From the NCBI RefSeq assembly GCF_018977255.1, contig NW_024704743.1:60948001-61012000 (forward strand): a DNA stretch of 64,000 bases, given 5' to 3'. Shown in pieces: positions 23,889-35,105 of this stretch (positions are counted from its first letter, which is position 1; each line of letters starts with the position of its first letter). Source of the stretch: Callorhinchus milii. Its lineage: Eukaryota. The position numbers and the translations under genes are program-made. The notes below the pieces were generated by a model. That model was not told the DNA's origin and did no database searches. It was given only the letters and a program-made list of their open reading frames with translations.

Positions 23889-24530
23889 ATGGTGATGGGT
23901 TTTGTTACAAAAGGGTTAGAATATAACAGTAGAGAAGTATTGCTGCAACTGTATAAGGCCCCGGTGAGACCGCACCTGGAGTATTGTGTGCTGTTTTGGT
24001 CTCCTTATTTAAGAAAGGAGGTACTCGCCTTGAAGGGGGTACAACGTAGATTCACTAGGGTGATACCAGGGATGAGGGGGATGAGTTATGAGGATAGGTT
24101 GAGCAATTTACGCCTATATTCACTAGAATATAGAAGACTGAGAGGTGATCTTATAGAAACCTATAAGATTATTCAGGGGCACGACAGAATAGATAGTGGG
24201 AGCCTTTTTCCCCTGGTTGGAGAAACTATAACCAGGGGTCACAGTCTTAGAATTAGGGGTAAGCCCTTTGCACTGAGTTGAGGAAAAAATTCTTCACTCA
24301 GAGGGTAGTGAATTTATGGAATTCTCTGCCCCAAAGGCCTGTAGATGCTCAGTCCTTGTACATATTCAAGACTGAGATTGATAGATTTCTTATGGATAAA
24401 TGGATTAAGGGATATGGGGATAAGGCGGGTAAGTGGAGTTAGAATAGATCAGCCATGATCTTATTGAATGTGGGGTAGGCTGGAGGGGCCGAATGGCCTA
24501 CTTCTGCTCCTAATTCTTATGTTCTTATGT
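23889..24530 (+). mobile_element. CR1-clade LINE 3' fragment (RT C-terminus plus 3' UTR)
   Basis: ORF 23889..24281 has LYKAPVRPHLEYCVLFWSPYL...RRLRGDLIETYKI...TRGHSLRI. Ends in the (ttcttatg)2 tail typical of CR1. Confidence 0.92.
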
Positions 24531-25072
24531 TTGCCATTGTGTCAGACACATGGCTGAGCAAATAGAAATACATATCAAAATGTTTCTGGAGGGCATATCT
24601 GAATGTATTGTTCTAGGTTTCTAGGTTTCTCTTCCTATAAATCATTCTTATAACACAATGGACCAGCCTCATTTATCTTCTGTGCATTGCCTCGTGGGCC
24701 TGAATGAGCCCTTGCACAAAGTGTTGGAGAAGGGCTGACAGAGAACCGTACAACTTCACCATGACATCTGGGGATCTGAACTCAGTTGATCTAGCAATGT
24801 AGCCCAGCATCCTTTTGCCTCATTTATTATTGCCTCGTGCTGTTTGGACATAGTGACCGATGAGTCAAATAACATTCCTAGGTCTTCTTCAACTTCTCCT
24901 TTGGCACATTCTAACCTATCTGTGGAGTATACGTAGCTATTTATACTTCCAACATACAGTATTGGGGAATTTTCCACAGTGATTCTATTAATCACTTTTG
25001 AAAGAACTAAAAGGGTCTGGTTGCATTTGCGACAGTGCCCCCTGCAATGTGAAAGTGCTAAGATTAAAACTA

Positions 25073-25405
25073 CAACAACTTCCATTTATATAGTGCCCTT
25101 CATGCAGAGTAACATCTTGGAGAGCTTAACAGTGGTTGAGCTTGATGCTGAGCCATGGAGAAGGGGAGCTGACCATAGGCACGGTTGAAAAGGAAGATCT
25201 TTAGGTGTGATCTGACGACAGGCAAAAAGGAATTGGCAGGAGGGATTGAATCAGGGAGTTCCAGAGCTTTGGGGCATCCTGCCTGAAAGCATGGCTGCTG
25301 AGGGCAGAGTGGAGGGGACACGGGACATGCAGAAAGCTAGAGCCACCTGAGCAAAGGAATCGGGTTGAGGAGTGTGGTGTGGGAGTGTAAGAGAGGAGAG
25401 GTAGG
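25073..25405 (-). mobile_element. L2 LINE 3' fragment, degraded
   Basis: Minus-strand HAFRQDAPKLWNSL and HLKIFLFNRAY motifs; acaacaac tail. Confidence 0.75.
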
Positions 25406-25902
25406 AGTACCAACATGATGGGAGCATAATGCAGAGAAATTACTTTAAGTCACAATCTTTTCTATGAGGAGATAACATTCTTTGAACCACACTTTCCACA
25501 GAAACGTGAGATTGCTGAGACAGAGAACAGCATAATTGGCAATAGGGAAAAAATCGATGCTGTGTAAGAGGTGGGATTCATAACAGGATTCTGAAATCTC
25601 AATGTGTCCCATACTGGCTCCTCAGACCTCATGTTGACAATCTCTTGTCAGGAGAAACTCCTTTGGCCATGATTCAACTTCACTGAACTTGGAAATGAGA
25701 TCAATGACTGAGGGTTCCAGTGGGTGCAAGACACAATCGGGTGGTGGGGGGAAGGTTAAATATCCCTACTTATTAAACCACATTATTCTGCTTTGACAAG
25801 TGCATAATGTACACTTGGTGGTGCAGAATTTCAGAAAATTGTTAAATTCAATCTTAATTTGGAAGACATTTTTTACAGCAGTAATTTGGCTTTCAAATAA
25901 AG

Positions 25903-26456
25903 CCCTGCTTGTCGGCCTTCCCAACTCCTCCCTCCACAGGCTGCAGATAATCCAGAACTCTGCAGCCTGGGTCTTCTACTGCACCAAACTCCGTGACCCC
26001 ATCTCCCCCATTCTTGCCCGACTCCATTGGCTCCCTATCCTTCATAGGATCCAGTTCAAGATCCTGGTCCTCACCTACAAAGCCCTCCATGGCCTCGCCC
26101 CACCCTACCTCTGTGACCTCCTAACCCCCTACCAACCCGCCCACTCCCTCCACTCAGCCGGCTCTGGCCTGCACCACGCCCCCCACCCACCATTGGCGGG
26201 AGAGCCTTCAGCCACTCTGCCCCCAACCTCTGGAATTCCATCCCCCAATCACTCTGCCTCACCCCCTCCTTAGCCTCCTTCAAATCCCGCCTCAAAACCC
26301 TCCTCTTCGACCATGCCATCGGCCACTCCCCTTCCCCTCCCCTCCCTTCTCCCCGCCTGACCCCAGCTCGGGTCTGAAATGCTGTACATTGTCCAGCGCC
26401 TTGGAAAGTTCTCCCAATGTGAAAGTCGCTTTACAAATGTAATCTTGTTGTTGTTG
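25903..26456 (+). mobile_element. L2 LINE 3' fragment
   Basis: LHWLPILHRIQFKILVLTYKALHGLAPPYL motif; (ttg)n tail. Confidence 0.88.
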
Positions 26457-27832
26457 ATTTTTCCAAATTCTGCAAGATTTTCATTTTAAGCCAATAGTCA
26501 TGAGATATTCTGAGCTTTCTGTGACTGGGGCTGAAATGTCAGTTGGTGCTTCATGTAGTGACATTCACAGTGTGTTTCCCCATTATAATTATATACAATA
26601 TACAATAAAATTTACTTTTATTTAATGCTGTTTACATCAGAAGGGCATTAGAAAGCGCTTCACAGTGGTAGATGGGAGCCCATTGCCAAAGTCACTGCAT
26701 GGGAACACCAACCAGATTTTTCCTCTGATTCTCTAGGTTCTTTTTCAATGCAATGTTTTCATACACAGATTAACTTACTCTGAATAATAGGATCACTCTA
26801 TAAAGCATTTTGGTAATAATTAGTAATTTGCATTTTGCTCTTTCATTTGCATTTTATACATCTGTGAACAGAGTATCAGTCTGAATGATTTAATTGCATA
26901 TAACGCATAATCTGAAAGTAATATCTAGGGAACCAGATTCGTGCTATGTCAGGACTATGCTGTCCTACCTAAGCTGTCATGAAGTTTGCAGCTGTGTGCT
27001 CCTGCACATCTGCAACCTGACCTCTTCTCCATGCTACTTAGTGGTGCATTGACAGATATGGTAGACTCATCAGCTAACCTGGAGGCTGTCTCTGTGGATT
27101 GGGAAATTGAATCGCAAATAATCTAAATACAGTATAAAAAAGAAATGTTAAAATAGTACTGTCTCAATAAGTTTTTTTTAAATTTGTGTTTATAAAATCA
27201 ATCCATAAAATTAAGAAAACAGTTTGAAATATTTAGCTCTTTTCTTCCACAACAACGTTTGCAAATATTTAGACAGCCTCCAATATTTACAAATGCAAGT
27301 TACCAACAGTACTTAAATTCCTATTGATGAATATTGTGAATTCAAACCTGACATCTTAGATGGAAAAGACAGATGGAAAGGGGTGAAATGAGAGGAAAGT
27401 CATGCTATACAGCCAGAGTTTTTAGCTCGTGGAAGAGAAGGAGAAAGTAGAAGCGATGAGAAACGGAGTTAAATAACACTGGAAACAGGCCACAAAGATA
27501 AAGAGTAATACAGCCCCGTTGAAAAGATCGGGTAATGACTGAAAGAGAATTTAGAAAACAGAATGTAGACATCAGAGATTCAGGGTCTTAACTTATGAAA
27601 GTAGTGTTAAAAAAATGTTAAAAATAGAATAAGGCGAGGAAATGCTCTCAGACGTGGTAGTAGGTTAAAGGTACAAGTAAGTGAAAATACTGAGAGTTGA
27701 GCATGTATAGCAACTTAAAACAAGTGAAAAGCAGTATTAATTACATTGAAACATCTGAAGTATTCGAATCCTGATAATTTCCCAAATGCATTTACAACCA
27801 ACTCTTCTGTAAACTTATGAATTAATAAATAA

Positions 27833-28219
27833 AATAATAATAATCCTTGCATTTGGTATAGCGCCTTATCATGTCTTCTAGATGTCTCAAAGCGCTTCAC
27901 AGAATATACTGTAAAGTAAATTGACTGTATATTTGTGGGCGAGATGTGGGAGCCATGTTCGCACAGCAGTTCCCACAAACGGTCATGGATTGAAGTGACC
28001 AATTTATTATTATTTTTAAAATAACTTTTTTTGGAAGGAATTATTACCCCCGGAGAAGCGATTCACAGATAGACTAACAACCAGGTTCCTATTTACTGCT
28101 AGGTAACCAGAAGTGTGTGGAGTAAGGAAACTTGCCCAACATTTTGCCCTGCCAGGAATCTAACCCAGGTGACTTGCTTGCGAGGCGAGCGCTCTAACCA
28201 CCGAGCTACAGGACTCCAC
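27833..28219 (-). mobile_element. tRNA-derived SINE, long form
   Basis: Full reverse-complement copy. Confidence 0.88.
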
Positions 28220-28664
28220 TAATTAAGACAGCATTAAATGATGTGAGCTCGCAGTTATACAAAGCTCACAACACTGATTTGGTACCAAAACCTGGAAAAT
28301 TCTCTCCGCCTGAGCAAATCTAATACAGCATTGTCGATGCAGCATCTGTGTGCTAATTGCAGCATTAGGTTGCTGAATGCAATAGAGTGGTCAATGGAAT
28401 ATTAGTGAGATGCTCTCTCCATGTGAAAGGCGCGATATACATGCAAATTGTTGTTGTTGTGTGCTGAATGCAATACCATGCCCAATGAAACACTAACATA
28501 CTCAGTGCAGCATTAGACAGCTCAGTGCACTATTAATAATAATAATCCTTGCATTTGATAATAGGACATTTCATATTGGGGGGACATCTCACACTGCTTC
28601 ATAGGATTTATAGGATATCCAGTGACTTAATTTCTAGGTGAAATTGGCAACCAGTTTGCACATC

Positions 28665-29580
28665 GTTTTGCGCAGAGTTCCTCAGGGCTCTGTCCTTGGT
28701 CCCCTCCTCTTCAATATCTATTTGCTCCCTCTTGGTGACATCATCCGCAGACATGGAGTCAACTTCCACATGTATTCCACTCAATTCTACCTCTCTGTCT
28801 CCACCCTTGACTCTAGGACGACTGCTTTGCTGATAGAATGTCTGTCAGACATCAAGTCCCGGATGAGAGCTAACTTTCTACAGCTGAGCATCATCAAGAC
28901 TGAGGCTCTTCTGATTTGCTCCCGTCAGCACCTCCTCACCTCAGGCACTGACAGCATTCATGGATGCACACTCCACCTTGCTAAGCCAGTCCGGTACCTT
29001 GGCATCTTGTTTGACCCTCAACTATCCTTTCTACCCCACATCCGTGCCATGACCCGCTCTGCCTTCCCCCACCTCCGCAACTTCGCCCGGCTCCGACACT
29101 GTCTCACACCGCAGACTCCTGAGAGCCTCATACATGCATTCATAACATCGAGGCTTGATTATGCAAACTCATTGCTTTTGGTCTCCTCAACTCCTCCCTC
29201 CATAGGCTGCTAGAACTCTGCAGCCCATGTCCTCTCTCACATTAGACTCCATGACACTATCACCCCATCCTTGCCCAACTCCACCGGCTTCCCATCATAC
29301 AGAGGATACAGTTGAAGATCCTGGTCCTCACCTTCAAAGTCCTCTACGGCCTTGCTTCCCCCTACCTCTGCAAACTCATAAACCCCTACCATCCTGCTCC
29401 CTCCCTCCAGGGGGCTCCGGCCTGCTTCATGTCCCCCGCATCACCTGCCCATTGGCGCATGGGCCTTCTGCCACTCTGCCCCCATTCTCTGGAACTCAAT
29501 CCTGCAGTTCCTCTGTGTTGCCCCCTCCCTTGTCCCCTTCAAGACCCATCTGAAGACCCTCCTTTTCAACCGTGTATTCA
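28665..29580 (+). mobile_element. L2 LINE RT fragment, degraded
   Basis: ORFs 28638..29213 ([12 protein letters not shown]...[10 protein letters not shown]) and 29312.. (KILVLTFKVLYGLASPYL) are homologous to the 55827 copy. The YADD motif is disrupted. Confidence 0.9.
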
Positions 29581-30959
29581 AGACTCTCTTCGGTTACATC
29601 TTGGCATCATTCTGTACCCTTACGTTTATTTCTGTCAGTTTTGGGTGAGCTTGTGGGCTTTCCGGTGGATGCATCCTGAGCGGGTTGTGCCAAAGCGGCT
29701 CCTGCCGGGGTCGGGTCTCATCTGGCCTTTGCTATGGTTGAGCTGAACTTCAGCTTGTCCCTCAGTATATAGTCCATGATCCTAGCGTGCGAGAGCCTGA
29801 GGCAGGCCCTCTGAATCTGAATCTGGAGTTCCACAATAAGCTCAGTGTGCCTGCAAACTGTAGCACAGACTATGCCACTCTTCCTTTGACAATATGCTGA
29901 ATCAGAACATCATCTTAATAGCAATGAAAGCTATCGTATTCGCAATGTTCTTTGTGCTTTGTTGTTTTACCTCATGCTCAGCAGCATTATTAAAATAATA
30001 ACTAGACTTTGCATATCTCCTTGATAATTATGGCTTTCCAGGCATAATTGAGGACATTAATGAAACATGGCTGCTCATTAAGGAGTTGGATGGCACCCAG
30101 GAACATAATTTCCCTCAACCAGGATGAGGGTGTCACATGAAAAGTTTCCTTGTTTATTGGTTACTAATTCAGGTCAAACTAATTAGTAGTCATATTGCAG
30201 CCATGGCTGTTTGCCTCACTCTCTATCTCTTTCACTCCTTAACACACTCCTGAAGTAGCACCTTACACCATTTGAATTCAAGCAATGCAAACAGATTAGG
30301 CATCGCTCTGCATATAATAGATTCCCTCCATTAGCCATTTAGTCCCAAGAAGGATTTTCGTGCTTCAGAATAAATAGTGTGAGGTGAGAGTGAGACAACG
30401 ATGGCTACAAAATAACACACCATTATAGGATACAGATTACAGACAGCCATTGATAGAAAACAGAAAACCACAATATAGGTTAGAGTGAGACAGATAACAG
30501 ACAGCAGTGGATTACAGAGCAGCATCCCATATTACTTGTCTCTAAACCAATGATAAAGAGTACTGTATTACCATCTCCAAATCAGACAATAAATCAATTG
30601 AAACAGATTACACAATGTGCAGACATTATGAGAATTTAATTGCACTATATTAACAATCCACAAATTTTATCTGATTCCTGCTATTAATAACACATTGTAT
30701 AGTAAAGACCTTCTCAATTGAGCTTTGCATAGAGAGACAAGAAATATATCTTTATACAATTTCAGACATCACAAAAACTGTATTAATTTCTCATGCTTGG
30801 TTTACATTAACATGGACCTTAAATAAACCAGTACTAAATTAATGAATATTAAAAGTGTGGAAAATATGAACTTGACCCGGCAGAGTTGATAGAAAAGGAA
30901 ATGAGCATTTGAAACAGGATTTAAAATAGCCATATAATATTCAACACACCATTGTGTAA

Positions 30960-31510
30960 ACTTTTGGGCTTGGTCGTGAAAGAGGTAAAGGCTCTATCCT
31001 TCCTTGGTGGGAGGTAAGTAAGCAGGGTCTCCTTGGTGTTGAACTGGCTCCAAGGTGACATGCCTGGCAACAGAATGTCGGAATCGAGCCAGCCCTCTGT
31101 GGTGATCTTGGTAGCCTGGTTCCTGAGCCAGACGGGTCTGCAGTATTCCAGGGCACTGTTGATGACACCACAGCCAGTCTGTCTCATCGACTGGACCTAG
31201 AAGGGAAGACCAGTTACTGGGGTCAGGGAGTCAACCCACTCAGCTTCTGTTAACCCTGCAAGCCAAAGCACTAGGCTAGGTCCTAGCTGGACAAGCAGTG
31301 GGAAAGCTTGCCGGACAGCAATATCAATGGCAAGCTATGCAGTTTTAGCTGGTTAATCTCCAGCGGTATCCCAATGCACACTCTTGGGACCCCAAGCCTT
31401 GACTCTTGCCAACCTGCGCCAAATCCTTTTCAGAATTAGGTATACAGGATGCGTCCCTCCGGGAAGAGAGTGCACATTCTATTCCATCAATCTATCTCTG
31501 GGATTTCCAT
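30960..31510 (+). repeat. Unclassified interspersed repeat, longest of three copies (others at 5811-6060 plus and 52835-53220 minus)
   Basis: Shared colinear blocks such as caatggcaagcta, gggaccccaagc, caggatgc.tccct, gagagtgcacattc and tttccatg. The left boundary is uncertain. Confidence 0.75.
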
Positions 31511-32039
31511 GTGTAGTGGGATGCATGAAACCAAGGCCAGCTTGAGTGAGCAAGTTCTTAGAAACAGAGCCAGAGAGATGTATTGACTGGTGATTTAATT
31601 GTCCTGTCGAGAAAATTGAACAAATGCTTGGTAACGAATCTGGAGACTGACATCATGTCAAAGGTGTCTATATTTGCAGATGATATTGATTTGAGAGCAG
31701 AGACAAATGACGTAAATCAATGTGCAGAAATTTAGAAAGGATCAGAATTGCTGGGGTGGGGGTGCCACAAGCTGCGCTCCAAGGTAACAGAATATCATTC
31801 AGTTCTCAGGCAATGGGATTTATGCCAAAGTCATGACATGACATCATGACATCGATCAATGATATGCCCCATTCCAGAAGTTCGGAACAGACTGTTCCAG
31901 GTATGCAGACACTATACTGCACCTTTGATCTTTTATTTCATGTGAAATCATTCTACAACTGAAACAAACCTGACATATTAAAAAAAAATAGATGGGAGAT
32001 ACTCTACATGGGGTTCACTTCAAATCTATTCATTGACAG

Positions 32040-33240
32040 AATACAAAAAAGATTTGGATGAAGTCTCTTTGGCCCAATTGATCTCACCCTTTCAGAATAC
32101 CCACGTTAAGGTCCTCCCAGCATCAATGTCCTGGCCTCAAACACCCTTCTTGATAACTTGTCCCAATCGTTAATTGCCCTCTGTGTAAATAAATATTTCC
32201 TAGTGTCTCTCCTGAAATTGCCCTTTATAGCCCTAAACCCCCTGTCCTGTTCTGTTATATCTGTGCATCCAAAAGTGTTGTTCTGGGTTTACTTTCTCAA
32301 TCTCATTTAAAATCTTATATACATTTATAAGGTCCCCTCTGAATGTCTCTATTCAAGAATGAAGAGCCCTAATTGTGTTTAAACTTTGTGCATATACCTC
32401 ATTCCTCTAACATTGGGCATCATCATTGCAGTGTCTCTAGGTTTCGGCAGTCTGCTTGTGACGAGGCGATCATTATATACAGTACTCAAGGTGCAGCCTG
32501 ATCAGACCACTGTACAGCTGAATATGATTTGTGAGGATTGGAACTAAACTGATTTAGAAATATAGCCCAGCATCCTGTTTGCCTTGTTTATTGTTGCCTC
32601 ACACTGTTTGAAGCAGTGAGCAAAGAGTCACTAACACTCCTAGATTTCTTTCAGCTTTCCCCTTGCCAACTTGCATTCATATAGAGCCCTTCATGAGGGA
32701 TAGTGCTCTGAGACACTGGCCCATGTGAAGGGCTCTATATAAATGCAAGTTGTTGTTGTTGTTCTATCCCATCCATGGAGAACATGCACCAATGCCTATA
32801 ATTCTTACTTCCTAAATGTTGCATTTATCAATATTAAACTTTATTTGCCAGTTATAATAATTCTTGCATTTGATGTAGTGCTTTATCATGTCTTCGAGAT
32901 GTCTCAAAGTACTTCACAGAACATACTGTGAAATGAATTGACTGTACATTTTGTAGGCAAAACGCGGCAGCCAATTGAGCACAGCAGTGTCCCACAAACA
33001 TTATATCATGATTATTTTTTAAGGAAAAGCGATCCACCTATTGACTAACAACTGGGTTCCTACTTATTGTGTAGTCCTGTAGCTTAGTGATTTAAGCACT
33101 CACCTCGTGAGAGGATCTGAATTCGATTTCTGGGCAGGGCGAAACGTTGGGTAAATGTCTTTACTCCACACGCCTCTGTTTACCAGCAGTAAATAGCAAC
33201 CCGGTTATCATCTGCAACTTGGTGTCATCTGCAAATTTAA
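32040..33240 (-). mobile_element. Old CR1 fragment interrupted by an L2-tail hairpin (32667-32763) and an inverted SINE (32851-33208)
   Basis: Minus strand aaatttgcagatgacaccaag (KFADDTK) at about 33219-33239 resumes as tggcaaataaagtttaatattgataaatg left of 32851, then continues into RLHLEYC-like and 3' UTR sequence. Confidence 0.75.
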
Positions 33241-34724
33241 CTCGATTAACTCGGTTTGTGGATATCAATGAGTCTGCCAATCTACCACAGCACTGCATTA
33301 ATCACTCCTTTAACTTGTGAGGTTGTGATCGCTTGTCTTGGCCCAGAAAAAAGTAATCTTCTGATGGTGACTGGGATGACAGGAAACAAATAGCTGCTGT
33401 CACATTCAGAGTCAGAAATAATGCAGATGGAGTCACCGACTTCACTGTAAATTATTTTCCAAGATCATACAATGGTTTTAAAACACCTTCCGTGTGTATA
33501 GACTGCCAAAACCATTGGCCCACTGCTGGAAAAATGTTCTGCATGAACGAGGTTTCTGCAGGGAAACTCCTGTATGTCACCCTGACCCATGAGACTTCAT
33601 ATATAATAACGATTGTGTCTGATATAGCGTCTTTCATCTCAGAAGGTTGTCTCAAAGCACTTCACGGGATTTACTGCGAAGTGTAATGGCTGTGTATTTG
33701 TAGGCAAACACTGCGCCAATTTGCACACAGCAATGTCCCACAATCAGCCAAGAAGTGAGTGACCAATTTTATTTGGGGGAGTGTTGCCAGGACACTGGGA
33801 GAAATTCCATTTTCTTTTCAAATAGTTCAATGGGTTCTTTAACATTCACCCGAACAGGCTAACAGGAGCTCGGTTTCATGTCACAATCAAAGGATGGCGT
33901 CTCCAACCCACACCCCCATCACCCAGCACTGCATGTGAGTATCAGCTATCAGGTCTACACTCAATTAACCCATCTCCAAAGTAACAAGTTCTAACCTGTC
34001 CAACCTTTCCTGATATTTGTGTCCTCTCATCCTTAGTAACATTCCAGTAAATCTGCACTGCTACATATACTCTCTGCATTGCCACAACTGGATCAGACCA
34101 AATTACCTCTTTTCATCATGCCACAACCTGATTCCTTTTCCAATAAACTGTTACCAGTATAAATGTTTTCGTATTTCTGACAAGACCTTGAAGTCTGTTA
34201 GGGCACGTTAAGGACTGACCAGTGTATGACGTATAATGCTACTAGAGTGCATCAAATAACATTTCAGAATTTGCAGCATGACTTAATTTAATTGAAGATG
34301 CTCCAAAGTAGTTGACTCGATTTTTAGTCCACTGGTATAAGAGATTTACTGCCCTATCAAACCTATATTGGAACCAATATTAATTCTTCCCCAAATTGCT
34401 TTTATAACTATATTCTCATTTTCTGCATGATGATAAATTGACATTACTAGCACTTAATCTGCTCTCCAAATTCTTTCCAATATTTTATACATCGAATAAT
34501 AATTTTATACATGTCTTAAAGATCTTTCCTGAATCTACCAGGGTGGTGATATTCTAACAAAACAATATCCTAAATAGAAATTAATTATGAGTTTTATTTG
34601 AAAAAAAATTGCAATAACACGATGGTTCGGATGAAGAAAGCTCTTCAACCCATTTAATCACATCCTTCCAGCCTACCATCCTCCCAATACAGCATTGTTC
34701 ACCTCCAAAACACACAGTCACTTC

Positions 34725-35105
34725 ACATTGTGCAGTTCTGGTTACCATACAACAAGAAGGATGTTGTAGTAATGGAGGGAGCGCATTGTAGATTTATCAC
34801 AGTTTATGATGAGAAGATACAACTATCAGGAAAGACTGGACAGATTAGAACATTTTATTCTGGAGATGAGACAATTGAGTGGACCCGAACAAAAGTGTGT
34901 AAAATTGTGAAGGGATTTGATAAGGGAACATCAATACTGTAGATTATTTCCATTTGTTGGCACGTCCATAACAAGGGGACATAACTGTAGGTATCTACAA
35001 ACAGTTGTAAAAGAGTTTAGGAGGAACTCCTTTACACAGAAGAAAATGAGAATGTGGAGCTCACTGCCAGAAAGCTTCAATTTAATGGCATTTAAGTGGA
35101 AACTC
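34725..35105 (+). mobile_element. CR1 LINE fragment, degraded
   Basis: VQFWLPY..., LFPFVGTSITRGH, FRRNSFTQ motifs across frameshifts. Confidence 0.78.
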
